In this document: piece after piece, positions 63,698 to 64,000 of the stretch
How the letters are laid out: each line of letters begins with the position of its first letter
How positions within the stretch are numbered: position 1 is the stretch's first letter
DNA from: Octopus sinensis
Taxonomy: Eukaryota
Length of the DNA: 64,000 nucleotides
NCBI RefSeq assembly: GCF_006345805.1
Contig: NC_043025.1
Coordinates: forward strand, 7,502,001-7,566,000
Direction: 5' to 3'
Made by a program: the position numbers and the translations under genes
The notes under the pieces: generated by a model
The model's database searches: none
Seen by the model: only the letters and a program-made list of their open reading frames with translations
Told to the model about the DNA's origin: nothing

Positions 63698-64000
63698 CTA
63701 GCAGTATCGCTCGGCGTTGCTCGGGTTTGTAAGGGAAATAACTATATAAGCATTTTTAGAGAGTTATAGCCAAAAAATGCATCAAAAATGGGAAAAAATG
63801 ATGGTAAATTTTTTTTTAAATCGTTAACTCATCGTAGACATTTTTAGAGAGTTACTTCCCTTATATAATAGCGAAAAAATGCATTAAAATGGAAAAAAAT
63901 TATGGCAATTTTTTTTTTAAATTGTAGATTCATCATAGACGTGCGCTAATACCCAGAAGGGCTCGATATGAATCACGACTATAAGATACCTGGTTTTCGT
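63698..64000 (-). mobile_element. non-autonomous Helitron, runs off window
   Basis: Matches 59696-60010. Confidence 0.85.

Overview
Repeat-saturated eukaryotic genomic DNA, most likely an octopus. This rests on recalled similarity of the dominant tRNA-derived SINE families to Octopus repeats, not on a database search. Almost all ORFs in the supplied track are artefacts of (TA)n/(CA)n/(TATG)n/(CTA)n microsatellites or of SINE copies. Real coding remnants are decayed transposon fragments: three RTE-clade LINE types, a mariner C-terminus and an R4/Dong-like C-terminus. No complete host gene is visible, only a few low-confidence candidate exons and a CpG-rich candidate promoter. Also present are at least five SINE families, hAT/Tc1/piggyBac-type MITEs, an unclassified GGGATC-ended MITE with a 6-bp TSD, and Helitrons. 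The most notable signal is a set of at least six different minimal type I hammerhead-ribozyme-like motifs (37-55 kb). Most have near-palindromic stem III and several have non-canonical cores (U4C, G3:C8). They lie in short Penelope-like relics that often form fold-back inverted repeats. A second recurring theme is tandem amplification of transposon sub-segments into young satellites (139, 140, 176, 184, 87/103 and 236 bp units). No CRISPR, rRNA or authentic tRNA gene is supported. Coordinates were counted by hand and interspersed-repeat edges are approximate.
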